Assembly: GCA_951406725.2 (NCBI GenBank)
Contig: OX597823.1
Coordinates: forward strand, 22,630,001 to 22,694,000
Direction: 5' to 3'
Length of the DNA: 64,000 bases
DNA from: Octopus vulgaris
Lineage: Eukaryota
In this document: piece after piece, positions 37,289-52,615 of the stretch
Layout of the letters: every line of letters starts with the position of its first letter
Position numbering within the stretch: the stretch's first letter is position 1
The notes under the pieces: generated by a model
The model's database searches: none
Seen by the model: the letters and a program-made list of their open reading frames with translations, nothing else
What the model was told of the DNA's origin: nothing
Position numbers and translations under genes: made by a program

Positions 37289-37860
37289 TATTATGTACGT
37301 ACGTATGTATGTATGTATGTATGTATGTATGTATGTATGTATGTATGTATGTATGTATATTCGCTATTATTAGCAATAGATCAGTATAAGTTCAAAGTAG
37401 CATTCTGGATATTATTCATAATACAGATATACTGTTGAAAGCTTGATAACTGCGATATTCATCTCGTGAAAGCATCTCGCAAAGATGTATGGAGCTAAAA
37501 AAAACACCGAAATATATCAATAGCAGGCGAAAAAGTGTCTAGCAGGGATAGTGGAATTGCTAAACTACTCATTGTAAACTGCAAAAGACAATTCTTTATT
37601 GATTAACAGATATGGCCACTGATCAGCAAACGAGCTGTTTATAAACAAAGCCAGTGGCTTATTTAGGTTCAAAGTTGTGGGTATTTCTAGCTGACGAGAT
37701 ATAAAATGTTGAAACACCAGTGTCCCAGAATCCCCTGCACTAATGAGGCAAGCGTGTTATGTACACACTATCGTCGCAAAAGGGAAATATTTTTCTTCAG
37801 TAGCGTGCACAATAGTGACAAGCTTATCTGCGTTCGAATCTACAGGAATGTGTTAATATT

Positions 37861-38400
37861 ACCAGGTTGAGTTACAAGTTTTTCGGATTTTCACTGATGA
37901 TTTTTGGCAACTTAGCAAGTTGCCAAAAATCATCATTGGTTAGATGCAACTTGTTGTCCAATCATTGTTGAATTGTTTATTCTTTATTTACATACATAAC
38001 ATATGAAAATTAATTATTTATTCTTTATTTTAAAGCTTTGATAAAGTGTGGGGAAAAAATTGCAATTAGAGCCATTTTAGGCTACCTGTAGAAAAAGGAC
38101 TGACTGTCGAGGCAGCAGCAAAAGAAATTAATGATGAGGAAGGCCTAGGAACTGTCAATAAATGTGTTGCACAAAACAGGTTCAGATGCTTAAAGAATGT
38201 GACACCAGTCTCGAAGACAAACCAAGGGCAGGACGAACTTCTGTTGTGGAAGATGAGGCCTTGCATGAAATGGTTGAACAACAACCGAGCACAAGCGCTC
38301 GTACATTGTCAGCAGAACTTGGTCCTCCACAAAGCACCATCATCAACATCTCCATAAGCTTGGCCTTGTGAACAGAAGCTATAGAGAAGTTCCTCGTAAA
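37861..38400 (+). mobile_element. Mariner 5' fragment (HTH region)
   Basis: AAKEINDEEGLGTV...LKECDTSLEDKPRAGRTSVVEDEALHEMVEQQPSTSARTLSAELG resembles the mariner N-terminus. Confidence 0.75.
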
Positions 38401-38481
38401 CAAACCAACAATGATTACCAAGCGGTGGTGTGGGAGACAACGGCAAACACATACAGACATATATACACACATAATACAATT

Positions 38482-38539
<58 letters not shown>

Positions 38540-38544
38540 TCTTT

Positions 38545-38897
38545 ACTCTTTTATTTATTTCAGTCATTTGACTGTGGCCATGCTGGAGCACCGCCTTTAG
38601 TCGAGAAAATCGAGCCCAGGACTTATTCTTTGTAAGCCTAGTACTTATTCGATCGGTCCCTTTTGCCGAACCGCTAATCGATGTTGGGGGGACAAACACA
38701 GACACACAAACATATACACACACGTACATATATATATATATATATTCACGACGGTCTTCTTTCAATTTCTTTCTACCAAATCCACTCACAAGGCTTTGGT
38801 CGGCCCGAGGCTATAGTAGAACACACTTGACCACAGTGCCACGCAGTGGGACTGAACCCGGAACGTTGGTAAGCAAGCTACTTACCACACACCCTCG

Positions 38898-38900
<3 letters not shown>
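38545..38900 (-). mobile_element. SINE family B, near full length
   Basis: Colinear with 1561-1964. Confidence 0.9.
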
Positions 38901-38936
<36 letters not shown>

Positions 38937-39658
38937 TCACACACATGTATACACGTGTACATGTATATGTGTGCTTGCGCGAGTGTGTGTATTTAATCTT
39001 TTTATTTATATTGTTTTGTTTTTTTTGCTTTATCAGACTTTAGACACTACCGACCATAATTATTTAGAATTTTTGTGGGGTTACACAACTCAATCACAGG
39101 AGTGAGGCCAGCACGCACGTCACTGATCAGAGGTTCGGGAGAACTGGTGAGTTAAGGAAGAAATTATCCCATGAGCAGAAATCTGGCTAACAGCTTGCAG
39201 CAGAGTGGACTCTGCTAAAGACGTCCTACGACTAACAAGTAGTTTAAAACGATGTCTTTCGTGGCGGAAACTCCGGCAGTAATATCGGAGAGGGAGGAAG
39301 GTACCAATGGGCGAGACATAAACCATCAAACATCAGACTAAATGTGTTACAGCTTCTTATTTCTTTGTTTCTATATTCAGAGTTCAAATCCTGCACCGGT
39401 CGACTTCGCCTTGTATCACTTCACGATCGATCAAACATATATCAGTGATATAGAAATTGTTTTGATCTTTAGTCGACAGCTAATGAAGCGGGAACGGTTC
39501 GTATTCTTGTTTTAGTCTCTTTTTGTCCAATAAGTTTTACTTGTCGTCTGTACTTAATTTTCCTGATGATTGCATCACTTTTTCTGATCTTCCTTCATAA
39601 ATAGAAAAGAGAAAAAGAGAAGACATTAACCAATGTTATTATTGTTATCATTACTATT

Positions 39659-39982
39659 GAGGAACGTGCGTGGACTAGCGGTTAGGGTTTTCAACTCATT
39701 AACATAGGGCCACAGTTTAACTTTCTAGACCGGGCGGCATGTTGTGTCTGTGAGCATGGCCCTATATTTCATTTTGTTCTAATCAGCTTAACTGTATTTA
39801 GTACCAGCAAGGTATTGGCGCAACTCCTCGCTCCAGAAATCGCATCTTGGATATTCTACAGGGTCAAAGGAAAGGGGCTCCAGAGAGAGAGAGAGAGAGT
39901 GCGTGTGTATATCTGCCCGTGGATACACAGGCACCTAAAACAGTGAAATCATGGTACACGTTACTAAACCATACTCGTTCGC
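39659..39982 (+). mobile_element. SINE family C-like (degraded)
   Basis: GAACGTGCGTGGACTAGCGGTTAGGG head and GTTGTGTCTGTGAGCA...TATTTCA body resemble family C. Confidence 0.5.
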
Positions 39983-41049
39983 GAGTGGCGGCTGACTGCA
40001 TATCATTGCTATTATTCCCTCGAGACTACAGTTTCGATTTCTATCGGAAGATATTTCTCTTCATTTCCGAGTTTTAATACTCTGTTTACTTAATAATACA
40101 CTGCTTGCTTAGTTTCTTCTAAAGCCTCAGAGATCTCAGCTCATTCCTAAGGATGTTTGTATTTTTCATTCATATAAGACTCAATCAATAGTTGTTTTGA
40201 TTTAAAGACGAACACTATAAACCAAGATATATACGCTCTCTTCTGGAAAACCAAGACTTTGATGTGGTTTTCTCCCTATGACTCGATCGAAGAGGTTTCA
40301 TTCACTCAGTTAATATCCTCAAAAAATATATGAATGTCACAGCCTTCATTGCTTTTCCTTCACATAAACCGCCGTGCCTTACTGGTTTAAGGAGCGAGAA
40401 AACAGAGCAGCAATATTTTCATAAAAACACACATACACACGCGCGCGCACACACACACACATAATAAATTTTCATTTTTCCCTTGTACTGAGATCAATTT
40501 CTGTGGTTTGAGTTACATTTTTATCCTTCATGAGACTGTCATTAAATAGAGATCAATCAATTTATTTAGCTCTTCCTTCCCCCCACTGCATCGATATAAA
40601 CGACTGCTCCTTAATAATTAAGAAAATAATATATGTACGACTACAGCCGTGTCTGCAGCTGGTTTAGCATGTAACCCGCTCTGTCAGGTGAATAAATTAA
40701 TATATATATTTCTGTTGATTCTGCCAAATGTTCTATGGCAAGAGAGAGATGTCTTGCTGTGATTCAGTAAGTCATTTTCTGCTTAATTTTTTTTTTTCTT
40801 TTCAGAGAAACATTTTGCCAGAGTCAACAGAAATTATTAGCAATTTCTTTCCACTGACAATGCTCATAAATGTCATGTAATATATTGTGCAAAAAACAGC
40901 AAGTGCAATGGGGTGGGGGAAGAGCAAGGTGCTTGTCGAAATTCCTGTAGTTTTTCTTAATATTTCACCTAGCTAATTTGGAATACACATACTTACTTCC
41001 GTATATATATGCATATATGTATATATGCATGCATGGATATATATATATG

Positions 41050-41146
<97 letters not shown>

Positions 41147-41164
41147 GTATATATATATGTATAT

Positions 41165-41243
<79 letters not shown>

Positions 41244-41459
41244 TATGTATGCATGTATGCGTGTGCGTTTATAAACATATGCACATACATATGTATATAT
41301 ACATGTATATAACTAAAAAGATACATATGTCTGTATATTTGCGTGTGTGCGCGCGCGCGTGTGTGTTGCAAATGAGTCAGATAAAATATTGAGGTGCAGA
41401 AAAGAAAAACAAAAGCAAAAAGAGAAACAAAAGTAGTCTACTTCTCATCTACTACTACT

Positions 41460-41559
41460 NNNNNNNNNNNNNNNNNNNNNNNNNNNNNNNNNNNNNNNNN
41501 NNNNNNNNNNNNNNNNNNNNNNNNNNNNNNNNNNNNNNNNNNNNNNNNNNNNNNNNNNN
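41460..41559. other. Assembly gap (100 N)
   Basis: Run of N. Confidence 1.
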
Positions 41560-41734
41560 CTTCCAAGAAACTTCTTTCTTGTGTCCCCGCCAACCTCTCA
41601 CATTCTCTCGCTTTCACTTCCGCCTTTACCATTTTACCGTATCGATCCTTCGTTTAACATTTGACCTCCTCCTTCTACTCTGGAACCTATTTCTTTCGTT
41701 GTTTCTTCCAATTCAACTGCTTTTTATTTCCACT

Positions 41735-41761
41735 TTTGTTCTCTCTCTCTCTCTCTCTCTG

Positions 41762-41802
<41 letters not shown>

Positions 41803-41823
41803 CTCTCTCTCTTTCTCTTTCCC

Positions 41824-41854
<31 letters not shown>

Positions 41855-43090
41855 TTCTCTTTCTCTCTCTCTCTTTTTCTCTTTCTCTCTCTCTCTCTTT
41901 CTCTTTCTCTCTGTCTTTCTCTTTCTCTCTCCCCCTCTCTCTCTCTCTCTCTCTCTCTCTTCTTCTCTCCACCTTTTATTCTTCCCTTACAACCTCTTTC
42001 AACTCTATTATCTCTTTTGCCCTATTTCCCCTCTCTGCCACTTTCTTCATTTTTATCCTCTCACCTTCACTCCTCCCCCTCTCTCTCTCTCTATTTCTCT
42101 CTTTCTTTCAATCTCTCTCAGTCTCTTTTCAATTCTTCTTTATCCTCTCACTGATTCCTTCCACCTTTCACTGCCGCTCTCCAAATCCACCCATCCCCAT
42201 GTCATTTCCATCATCCCTCTCCGCCTTTCCCCATCTCCCTTCACATCCTTCGACACATTCACTTCTCTCTGTCACCCACCTCCCTCACTCTCTTTCCCAT
42301 CCTTCCGGTCTTTCTCTTTACTTTCTTATCTTCTTTCGTATTTTCTTTTCCTCTTCTTACACTACACCACTATCACGTCTTCTTCTTCTTCTCCTTCTTC
42401 TTCTTCTTCTTCTTCTTCTTCTTCTTCTTCTTCTTCTTCTTCTTCTTCTTCTTCTTCTTCTTCTTCCTTTTCTTCTTTTTCTTGTTGTTATTCTATTTCT
42501 TTTCCTTTTTTTCTTATTCTTGTTATTGTTGCTGTTCTTCTTCCTCTTCTTTTTCTTCTTCTTGTTATTGTTGTTGTTTTTCTCTTCTTTTTCGTCTTTT
42601 TTTCTTGTTCTTGTAATTGCTGTTGTTGTTTTTCTCCTCTTCTTCTTCTTTTTCCTCCTCTTCTTTTTCTTGTTCTTGTTGTTCTGGTTCTTCTTTTTCT
42701 TATTCTTGTTCTTGTTATTGTTGTCGTTCTTGTTCTTGTTCTTTTTCTTGTTATTGTTGTTGTTGTTGTTCTTCTTCTTCTTTTTCTTCTTCTTCTTCTT
42801 CTTCTTTTTCTTCTTCTTCTTCTTCTTCTTCTTCTTCTTCCTCTCTAACATATTCGCCTTCTCTTTCACTACAACCACCATAATCGCCACTGTCACTATC
42901 ATAACAGTCCACCGCGACGCCAATCACCGTTACCACCACCACCACCACCACCACCACCACCACTATCACAACCAACCCCACTTCAACAACACCCTCAACA
43001 TCACGACAAGCATAGAAACCACCACTACCACCACCACCATTATCGCCGCAACCTCCCACCACCACCACAACAACAACAACGACAAAATCT
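41735..43090. repeat. Polypyrimidine (CT)n followed by (CTT/GTT)n and (CAC)n low-complexity field
   Basis: Direct inspection. Confidence 0.9.
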
Positions 43091-43409
43091 GCACTACAAT
43101 CACAATTATCACTACAAATCACCACTACATCAATCACCACAGTTACCAATATCCTCCAAATGATAATTCTACCATCCTACCATCCTACCATCCTGCCAGC
43201 CTAACAACCCCCACCCCCGCCCACATATACACATTCTACAGTCTGTAAAGTCATCGAGTATGACATACACGTATCCTAATCAATGTTTTTCACCAAACCA
43301 GAACCGTGCCTTGTTTAACAAACAGGTGAATACTTATCTTCTTCACTATCGCCATTACTATATACGTATACACACACACGCACTCACACACACACACGGG
43401 CACACACAT

Positions 43410-43457
<48 letters not shown>

Positions 43458-43833
43458 GCACACACATGCACACACACACATATACATGCATACATATATA
43501 TGAACATAGTATACTTGTGCATGTATATACATACATACATACACACACATATATATGTGTATGTATGTGTGTGTATATATATATATATACAGAAAGTAAG
43601 AGAGAGATATACATAGATGCATCTATATATATATATATATCTTTATCACACATACATGCATATATACATACATACATACATACAAATACACACTTACATA
43701 CATACATACATGCATACATACATACATACATACATACAAATACACACTTACATACATACGTACATACATACATACATACATACATACATACATACATACA
43801 TACATACATACATACATACATACAAATACACAC

Positions 43834-43864
<31 letters not shown>

Positions 43865-44787
43865 CATACATACATACATACATACATACATACATGCATA
43901 CATGCATACATACATAAATATAGATATCATTAGAAAATTATCAGTATATAAACCAATTTCGTATAAATATATTAATGAATGTCCTGTAACCTTCCTATAA
44001 AAATGCAATTTGTGACGTTGGTGGGAGCATAACATGTTCCCAACAACATTACCAGACACAGAAGTTATAAACTCCACAACCTTTCACAACTTAAAAACAA
44101 CGCTATCATTGCATTAGGGAAAATGCCGCTTCACAATCTCATGCACATCCACACACAATACCTACTCCCAGGACCTATTCTTTTGAGCAGGTTCTTTATG
44201 CGTCAGATTTTGGACCAAATTTACAGATTGGTGTTCCGCGGAAAATCTAGAGAAGTTGAACAAGAAAGGAAGCACATTGCAAATCCGAAGTCTTATAAGG
44301 TATAACAATCTAAACTGGATGAATGTATGGAATATACTCAACCAACTCACTGCAGCTCAGGAGAAAGCTCTCAGAAATGTTGCTGTTGATGGAGCTGATG
44401 TTGCATAAAAATTAGTTGCCTTCAGGTTTCAGTGGGGGATTCAAGTTGTTTCAGCTATAGTTCTCTGTAATTATGCAACTCTTGTGAAATCCACAACCCT
44501 TCAGAACTTAAAATAATGTTATCAATTACATTAAGATAAAAATGCTTGTTTTAAAGAGCAGGCAAAGTTCCATCTACATATGAACACACAACACCTATTG
44601 CCAGGAGTTATATTTTGAAACAAGTTCTTTCTGCATCCGGCTTTGGATCAAACTCGAAGAACCTTTTGTGAAAATCATCTCGTTTTACGAATTACAGGCT
44701 TTCAAAATTTGAATGCACAACTATCTCTCAAAATTCTTGGCATCGAATGTGCAGAGAAGTGATTAACCAATCGAAACCGGCTAACGC

Positions 44788-44818
<31 letters not shown>

Positions 44819-44832
44819 CATACATACATACA

Positions 44833-44863
<31 letters not shown>

Positions 44864-45004
44864 GTATGTGTGTTTATATAAACCCAACACACACACACAC
44901 ATATATTAGGTTTATTGTTGGTTCAATAAGAATTGAACGGCAAATACATATTTACATGCTTAAACAAAGCAAAACGTGCTAATATATGGGTGTGCGCTTA
45001 TGTA

Positions 45005-45038
<34 letters not shown>

Positions 45039-45236
45039 CACAATGAGAAAGAGAGGAGACAGAGAATCACATGTACATCTATGCTCAAAGAGATATCTGA
45101 TCGCATACAAACATCAAAAATAAATATTTATAAAGGCATGAGTAAATGTATAGTTGTGTATATATGCATGTATGTATATATGTGTTTGTATTATAGATGT
45201 GTGTGTTTACATGTATGTATACGAATATATATATAC

Positions 45237-45338
<102 letters not shown>

Positions 45339-45589
45339 CACGCTTTTTATGTGTTGTATGTATAAGTGTATGACCATGGCTGTATATTTATGCGTATATT
45401 CATGCGTGTGGTATATACCAAGACCTTAGCAATTACATAATGAAAAAAGTTGGACGTGAGTAGGAGGAGATAAGTTGAAAGAGAAAAGAGCAAAAGGGAG
45501 GAAGAGAGAAAATGTGTGAGAGTGGATTGGTTACTCCTCTAACAGATGACGTTTGGTCGCTATTAGTGTTTTTTTATTTGATGATGGTG

Positions 45590-46020
45590 CAGAGGAGGCG
45601 GAGGAGGACGTGGGAGGGGGCAGGGAGGAAGGTGGAGGAGGAAGGAGGAGGAGGGAAAGAGGTGGGAGAGAAGGAGGAGAAGGGAGGAAGGGAGGAGGAG
45701 GAGGAGGAGGAGGAGGAGGGAAAGAGGTGGGAGTGAAGGAGGAGAAGGGAGGAAGGAGGAGGAGGAGGAGGAGGGGGAGGGAAAGAGGTGGGAGTGAAGG
45801 AGGAGAAGGGAGGAAGGGAGGAGGAGGAGGAGGAGGGGTAGAAGGAGGGAGGGGATGATGGAAGTAGGAGGGGGAGGGGAGGGGAGGAGGAAGGGAAGAG
45901 GGAAAGAGAAGGAGGAGGAGGGATGGAGGAGGATGTTGGTGGTAGTCGTCGTGGTCTTCGTGGTCGTCGTGGTGGTGGTGGTGGTGATGATGATGATCAT
46001 CATCATGACGATGATGATTG
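45590..46020. repeat. Purine-rich (GGA)n field with ~3 x 65-bp units, then GTC/GGT/GAT triplets
   Basis: GGGAAAGAGGTGGGAG(A/T)GAAGGAGGAGAAGGGAGGAAGG recurs three times. Confidence 0.85.
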
Positions 46021-46699
46021 TTATTGATTACAAAAATTATCCTCATTGCAACGATAGTGATGATACGTTTCATGTTATTATTGTTGTTAGTATATATCAG
46101 TCGTATTTATTGTACGCCCCTATCTTCTCTTTCTCTTTCTCTTCACTCTCTCACCCTTTCCTTTTTTCTTTTGATCTCCTTTTTAGAATGTATAACTTAA
46201 TTGTCCTAAATATGGCTAATAAGAGAGAATAGGGAAATGCGTTGGTTTATTCAGGAAAAAAGGAAAGAACAGAAACAGAGAGATTGGGAAAACGACAGAA
46301 AGAAATCGAGAGAAAGCCGTATTGGAAAAGATTTATGGAAAAGTTAGATAAATAGCTTACAGTGCGCTCTGTGTGTGTGTGTGTGTGTGCGTGTGTGTGT
46401 GTTGTGTGTGTGTGTGTGTGAGACCATCAGTGTAATCAATATCATCATCATCATTATCTACTTCTATATAATCATCAGGTACCGCAAGCAGATTCCTATA
46501 ATCCTTTTGGTATTAAGATATAGCGAATTTGATGCCCCTTTCTCAATACATCAGGAAATTAAGGAACGGAGGGGTCAACAATGTTTCTATAACCTTTAGA
46601 ATAACGTAGAAGAGTTTCCTCGCACAACTACAGACCAAGAAGTTACGTTACGTATTTATCCAAAAACTTCTACATATTGACACAATGATTAAGATTGTT

Positions 46700-47671
46700 C
46701 CAAACAAAGAAAAGACATTTTGTATTTTTGCCGTCGTCCCAGGAAATGTGGAGAAAATGTATCAGCTTCTGTATGAGGATCAATCAATGACATCGCTGAT
46801 GATGTTAGTCTGTCGTATAGGTCCGTGTGGGCAATCCTAACGTGTGAATTGAACATGCGGTGTGTGTCTGTCAAGTTTGTCCCCCACCCGCTGACCACTG
46901 AGCAGAATGAAAATCACGTCGAAGTCTGTCAAGATCTCCCACAGCGTGCCGCTGATAACTCGTCGTTCATGTTGAGGATCATCACCGATGAAGAGGGGTG
47001 GGACTTCAGGGTACGATCCTGAGTCGATGCAGTAGTCGCCGCAATGGAAGAGCTCTTAATCTCCACAGCTGAAAAAGGCATGACAGAGCCGCCGCCGCTC
47101 AATCAAGAGCCTGTTCATTGTGTTTAGGGTTTTTTTTTTCTTTTTAGACATCCGCAGTATTGTGCATCGAAAATTCATCCACCAGGGCCAGACCATCAAT
47201 CGAGAATTCTAAAACGACGTTTTGAAGCGTTTGCGGAGGGGGGGGCATTCGGCGAAAGCGGCTGGATCTGTGAAGCACAAAGAATTAGATTCTTCACGAC
47301 GACAATGCACTTTGTAACCAAGCTCACCTCACTCGCGAGTTTCTGGCCAAAAACAACTTCATACCGATTCCGCACCCGCCCTATTCAACAGATTTAACAC
47401 TTGCAGACCTCCATCTTATCTACAAGACTAAGAGGCATCTCAAACGTCACCGTTTGAACACAGTCGTCGAGATCCAGAGCGATTCGCAGTAGGTCCTCGA
47501 ATCGCTTACGGAAAATGACTACCAGGCCGGATTCCAAAAGCGGCAGGAACGCTGGCGCCAGTGTCTTGCTGTGCAAGATGACTATTTCAAAGGTGATTGC
47601 ACTAAAATTTAGGTAAATAAGTTATTTTTTATTAAACATAACTAGTCCGGGAACTTTTTGATACCACCTCG
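46700..47671 (+). mobile_element. Mariner transposon, 5'-truncated, same family as 33485-34337
   Basis: KFVPHPLT, RIITDEEGW, LHDDNA, HPPYSTDL motifs; 3' TIR GTCCGGGAACTTTTTGATACCACCTCG|TA. Confidence 0.9.
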
Positions 47672-47938
47672 TACATTACCAAGTTACAAGGAGCTACTCC
47701 CTAGCACCAGCATCACCCTAGAAGTCTACGTAACATTCCTCCTGCACGCTATAGACTAATTGAAATGGCTCTAATTAGTATTTTCTATAAGATACCATTG
47801 AGTTCCGCTATTCATCTTATTGTCACCTAAATGATTACACATTGTGAGAAAGTTTGAATAGTCGTGGAACGATTCATCAACTTTGAGCGAATAAACACTA
47901 CTCTGATTATATAAATGCACACACTAGCACGCACTCAT

Positions 47939-47975
<37 letters not shown>

Positions 47976-48099
47976 GAGACGTACGCACGCACACGTACAC
48001 ACAAATGCACACACAAATGCATATATACATATATACATATATATGTGTGCATACATATGTAACTGACCCGGAAAACATATGCAATTAAACCGGAAACTT

Positions 48100-49410
48100 T
48101 CATCATAGCTACAGCCAAAATGTATAATGTGAAGGCATGTGGAAGGGATCTAATAGTTGGATACTGGTACGAAAGGCTGGAACTTTACAAGAAATCACTA
48201 ATAAGTATATTCAAAAGCACTATGGAAGTTCAGACTGACATACCAAATTGGCTTGTTATAGCACGGACAAATCTTGTAGCCAAGAATGTAACGACTGGAT
48301 TGACAGACATCTATAGGCCCACTGGTCGCTTAAACATTATGTATAAACTGTACACAAGCTGCCTCAACCAATACCGCTGAGATCACTTTAAGTCCAACAA
48401 CGTAGTGACTGATAAGTAGGCCACTGTATAGAAGGAAGTGTAGGTATGTGCCGAATAACTTTTGATGAACACAGCTGTACTGTCTGGGGTAAAACAAAAA
48501 AAAATAACATCGTGGGGGACTTGCAACAATATAGCTTGATTACAGGAAGGCATTTGGCTCTATTGCCCACACATGGCTGCTGAAGTGTCAACCTTTAGCA
48601 AAAACGCCTGCAACCTTAACTGCTGCTATTGAGAGAGTCACAAAGACCCGGGCGACAATTCTAACACTTAGAACTGTGAATGGAACATTAGTCTTCAATA
48701 TTATGAATATTTCAAAGGGAATATTTCTTTCTGTAATCCTGTTCATTTTGGTATTAAATCCATTATCATTCTTGCGACAAAGATCAAATGGCTACATGCT
48801 AGGGTCTGCAACTGCTAGAGATATTAATGTAACCCATAGTTTCTTTGAGGATGACCTCAAGGTTTATGCTAAAAATGTCAACAATGCTAAGAAGCAGTTG
48901 GAATTACAAATAACATTTTCGGCTGACACAAGAATGGAATTTGGCTAATGAAATGTTCAATTTTGGTTACTGAACAAGGAAAATCAAGCCTTCAGACCCC
49001 AATTCTGAGTATCAATGATCTCAAAATTGCTACTGTCCTACACAAAGAATTCTACAAGTAACTAGGCACTGACGAAAACATAATATGCGAAGGTACTATG
49101 AATAAAGTTAGTGTAACCAGAGAGTATCATGCCAGACTTAGAATAATATGGCGGTCGCAACTCTTCTCCTACAAGACAATAGCTCACAATGCATTTGCTG
49201 TACCAGTGCTGATTCCAACATTTAGGATACTTGGCTGCTCTGTAGAAGAAATCTACTCCATAGACGTTAAAATCTTTAAGATACAAATGTCAACTGGAAA
49301 CCTCCACAGAAATAATGATCTCGACAGGATCTATGGGATAAAGGAGGTAAAGGCTTGAGATAAATGCAGACATCCTTCGAATGTCATAGTTTCTCGCAGA
49401 CAGCACTTAC
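48100..49410 (+). mobile_element. Decayed R4/Dong-like reverse transcriptase
   Basis: YRPTGRLNIMYK, DYRKAFGSIAH, FFEDDLKVY, MEFG, HNAFAVPVLIPTF; colinear with 28500-29764. Confidence 0.85.
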
Positions 49411-49427
49411 GAAACAACAGCAGCAGT

Positions 49428-49600
49428 GGAGGCGCAATGACCCAGTGGTTAGGGCAGCAGACTCGCGGTCGTAAGAACGCGGTTTCGATTCCCGGGGCAT
49501 TGTGAGTGTTTATTGAGCTCCACGAGGCGCCGGCGGTGAGGGGTGGTGAACACCGCTGTACGCTTTCACCACAACTTTCTCTCACTCTTTCTTCCTACTT
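49428..49600 (+). mobile_element. tRNA-derived SINE, family D
   Basis: GGAGGCGCAATGACCCAGTGGTTAGGG (A box) and GGTTTCGATTCCC (B box). Confidence 0.7.
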
Positions 49601-49887
49601 CTGTCACAAAGCAGAAGAACCATACTGTAACCCGCTATGGTGTGGTAAACTTTCAGACTCTAGTCTAGATTGCGAATCCTCTGTACCCCAGGATGGTTCA
49701 GCTCTCCACTCGTTAAAAGCCACCCTTTATGGAATGAGGATAACAACGTAGCTTTCGCGCCCGTGCAACCGTCAGTCTATTGCGTGTGGTGGGTGGATCT
49801 TCAAGTTGCCAGACGCATTCTTAGTAGCTTAGAGTAGGCTCGAATTAGAGATTATACTTTGTGGCTAATGGTGTGAGTCCTGATTGG

Positions 49888-50002
49888 AAGAAGAAGAAGA
49901 AGAAGAAGAAGAAGAAGAAGAAGAAGAAGAAGAAGAAGAAGAAGAAGAAGAAGAAGAAGAAGAAGAAGAAGAAGAAGAAGAAGAAGAAGAAGAAGAAGAA
50001 GA
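49888..50002. repeat. Pure (GAA)n tract, ~38 units
   Basis: Direct inspection. Confidence 0.97.
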
Positions 50003-50924
50003 CAGCAGCAAAAATAAATGCATTTACTTTGTCCAAGGGCACTTAAAATGTAAAGCGCGGACTCTAGACAAAATAAGAACTCAAATCCTTAACATGAAAC
50101 ACTAACCAGTTTATATGTCATTTTGAATGAAACCCAAAAGAAATCCCTACCAACTGCTTATTACACAAAAGATAGAAACCATCACCTAACAACGGATATA
50201 CGCTATACAAATCCAAAACTGAAGACGTTAACTACGTTGTTGCTGTCCGTGAAAAAATATCATCATGATATTACTTTTCCATAAGAAATAATTTGGTTTT
50301 CAGAATAATGTGAAACACGCTGTTAATTTGTTTTAATTAATAAAATTTGTTTTAAGCAATAAAATGAATATAATGAGATTGCTAAATTAAACGAATATTG
50401 GTGGAACTACCAAATTAAAACACAACCAACTTAATATGGCAGACTGGGACCTCAAAATAAAAACATTGCCTGCTGTAGAAGTCAGCTTGCCACTTGACGA
50501 CAATGTGAAGAAAAATACCTGAAGAAAAAAGACACTGATGAGTTGTCTCTGAATCCATTTCTCAAAATACGCTTGCAATTTTACAGGAGAGAGAAAACAT
50601 GTATCAACCAGCTTGGCTCAAAGTATCGCTGAACTTAAACTGTAGCTTTTTAACCCATACATTACAGATTAACAGGATACTTGGAACAATGAAGATTAAC
50701 AAAACATTCCGAAAGTTCAAAGCGCAAAAGATGACGAGCAGGATAAGATAGCTTCCTAATTTTTAATTTTGATTTATCAATTTTTTAAAGTACATTTCCT
50801 TATAACCATGCTACAAATAAACTTTAAAACTCCAGTCAGGATGAGCACACACGCACACACACACATACATACACATACATGCGTACATACATATATGTAT
50901 ATATATGTGAGTGTGTGTGTATGC

Positions 50925-50972
<48 letters not shown>

Positions 50973-51042
50973 GCTAATTGAATTAATATCTAATTTCTCA
51001 CACTCATTTAAATTTAAATTTATATATGTATATATATATATA

Positions 51043-51940
<898 letters not shown>

Positions 51941-52408
51941 ATATATATGTATATATATTTATCCGTAAATTGAAATACAAATAAATGCATGAATGAATAG
52001 CAAATGGAATGCATGAATGAATAACTAATGAATGAATAGAATCGTCTTCCAGTGACCCAGTACAATGTTTATTAGTTCTCAGAAAAGGAAGTGCAGCACC
52101 TGTAAACTTTGCGAGCCATGCCAGACGTGCTTGATCCCTCCGTTGTTAGTTGTAGATTGATGCCTGGGGGAAAACTTGAACTGAGGGTCGCATTCTTGAG
52201 AAGAAGGATTGTCCAACTGCGGGTTCTGAGACAATAAAAAACGGCGGACACAATGAAACGAAGAGAGACAGTAGTGTTCGGTTGATGGGAGACAAGAAGA
52301 CAATGGCGTATCTGTAGAAGGAGCAAGCAGAATAAGTAAGTTTATAAATCAGTAGAGGTAGTTTTCGTAGTGAATCAGTTTCTTTTATAATCAACCAAAT
52401 CGGGATAT

Positions 52409-52615
52409 TTAACCCTTTTGATACATTATTCCTTTCGAAATACACTGCTTTGTTACAATTAATTTTGAAAATAATGAAGAATTTAATAACCTTGTTATTA
52501 GTAAGCTGGTGTTTAGAACATACATTTACATGAAATTTTGATAGAAAGTTTTTAATTCAGGTCGATTTAAAACAAAGAGTTTGTATCAGAACTAGAAACG
52601 GTTTCAGGGGGGTAA
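52409..52615. mobile_element. Possible piggyBac-type MITE (degraded)
   Basis: Begins TTAA|CCCTTT and ends ...GGGGGG-TAA; right end imperfect. Confidence 0.4.

Noticed and set aside
39100-39330. Possible LINE 3' fragment
   Set aside because: Similarity too weak to assign by eye.
40765-40880. Strong splice acceptor (T-tract-CAG at ~40805) with a nearby GTAAGT
   Set aside because: The donor-acceptor distance is only ~40 nt and the downstream frames close quickly; no supporting exon.
42199-43248. 349/395-aa hydrophobic ORFs resembling membrane proteins
   Set aside because: Derived from (CT)n and (CTT/GTT)n tracts.
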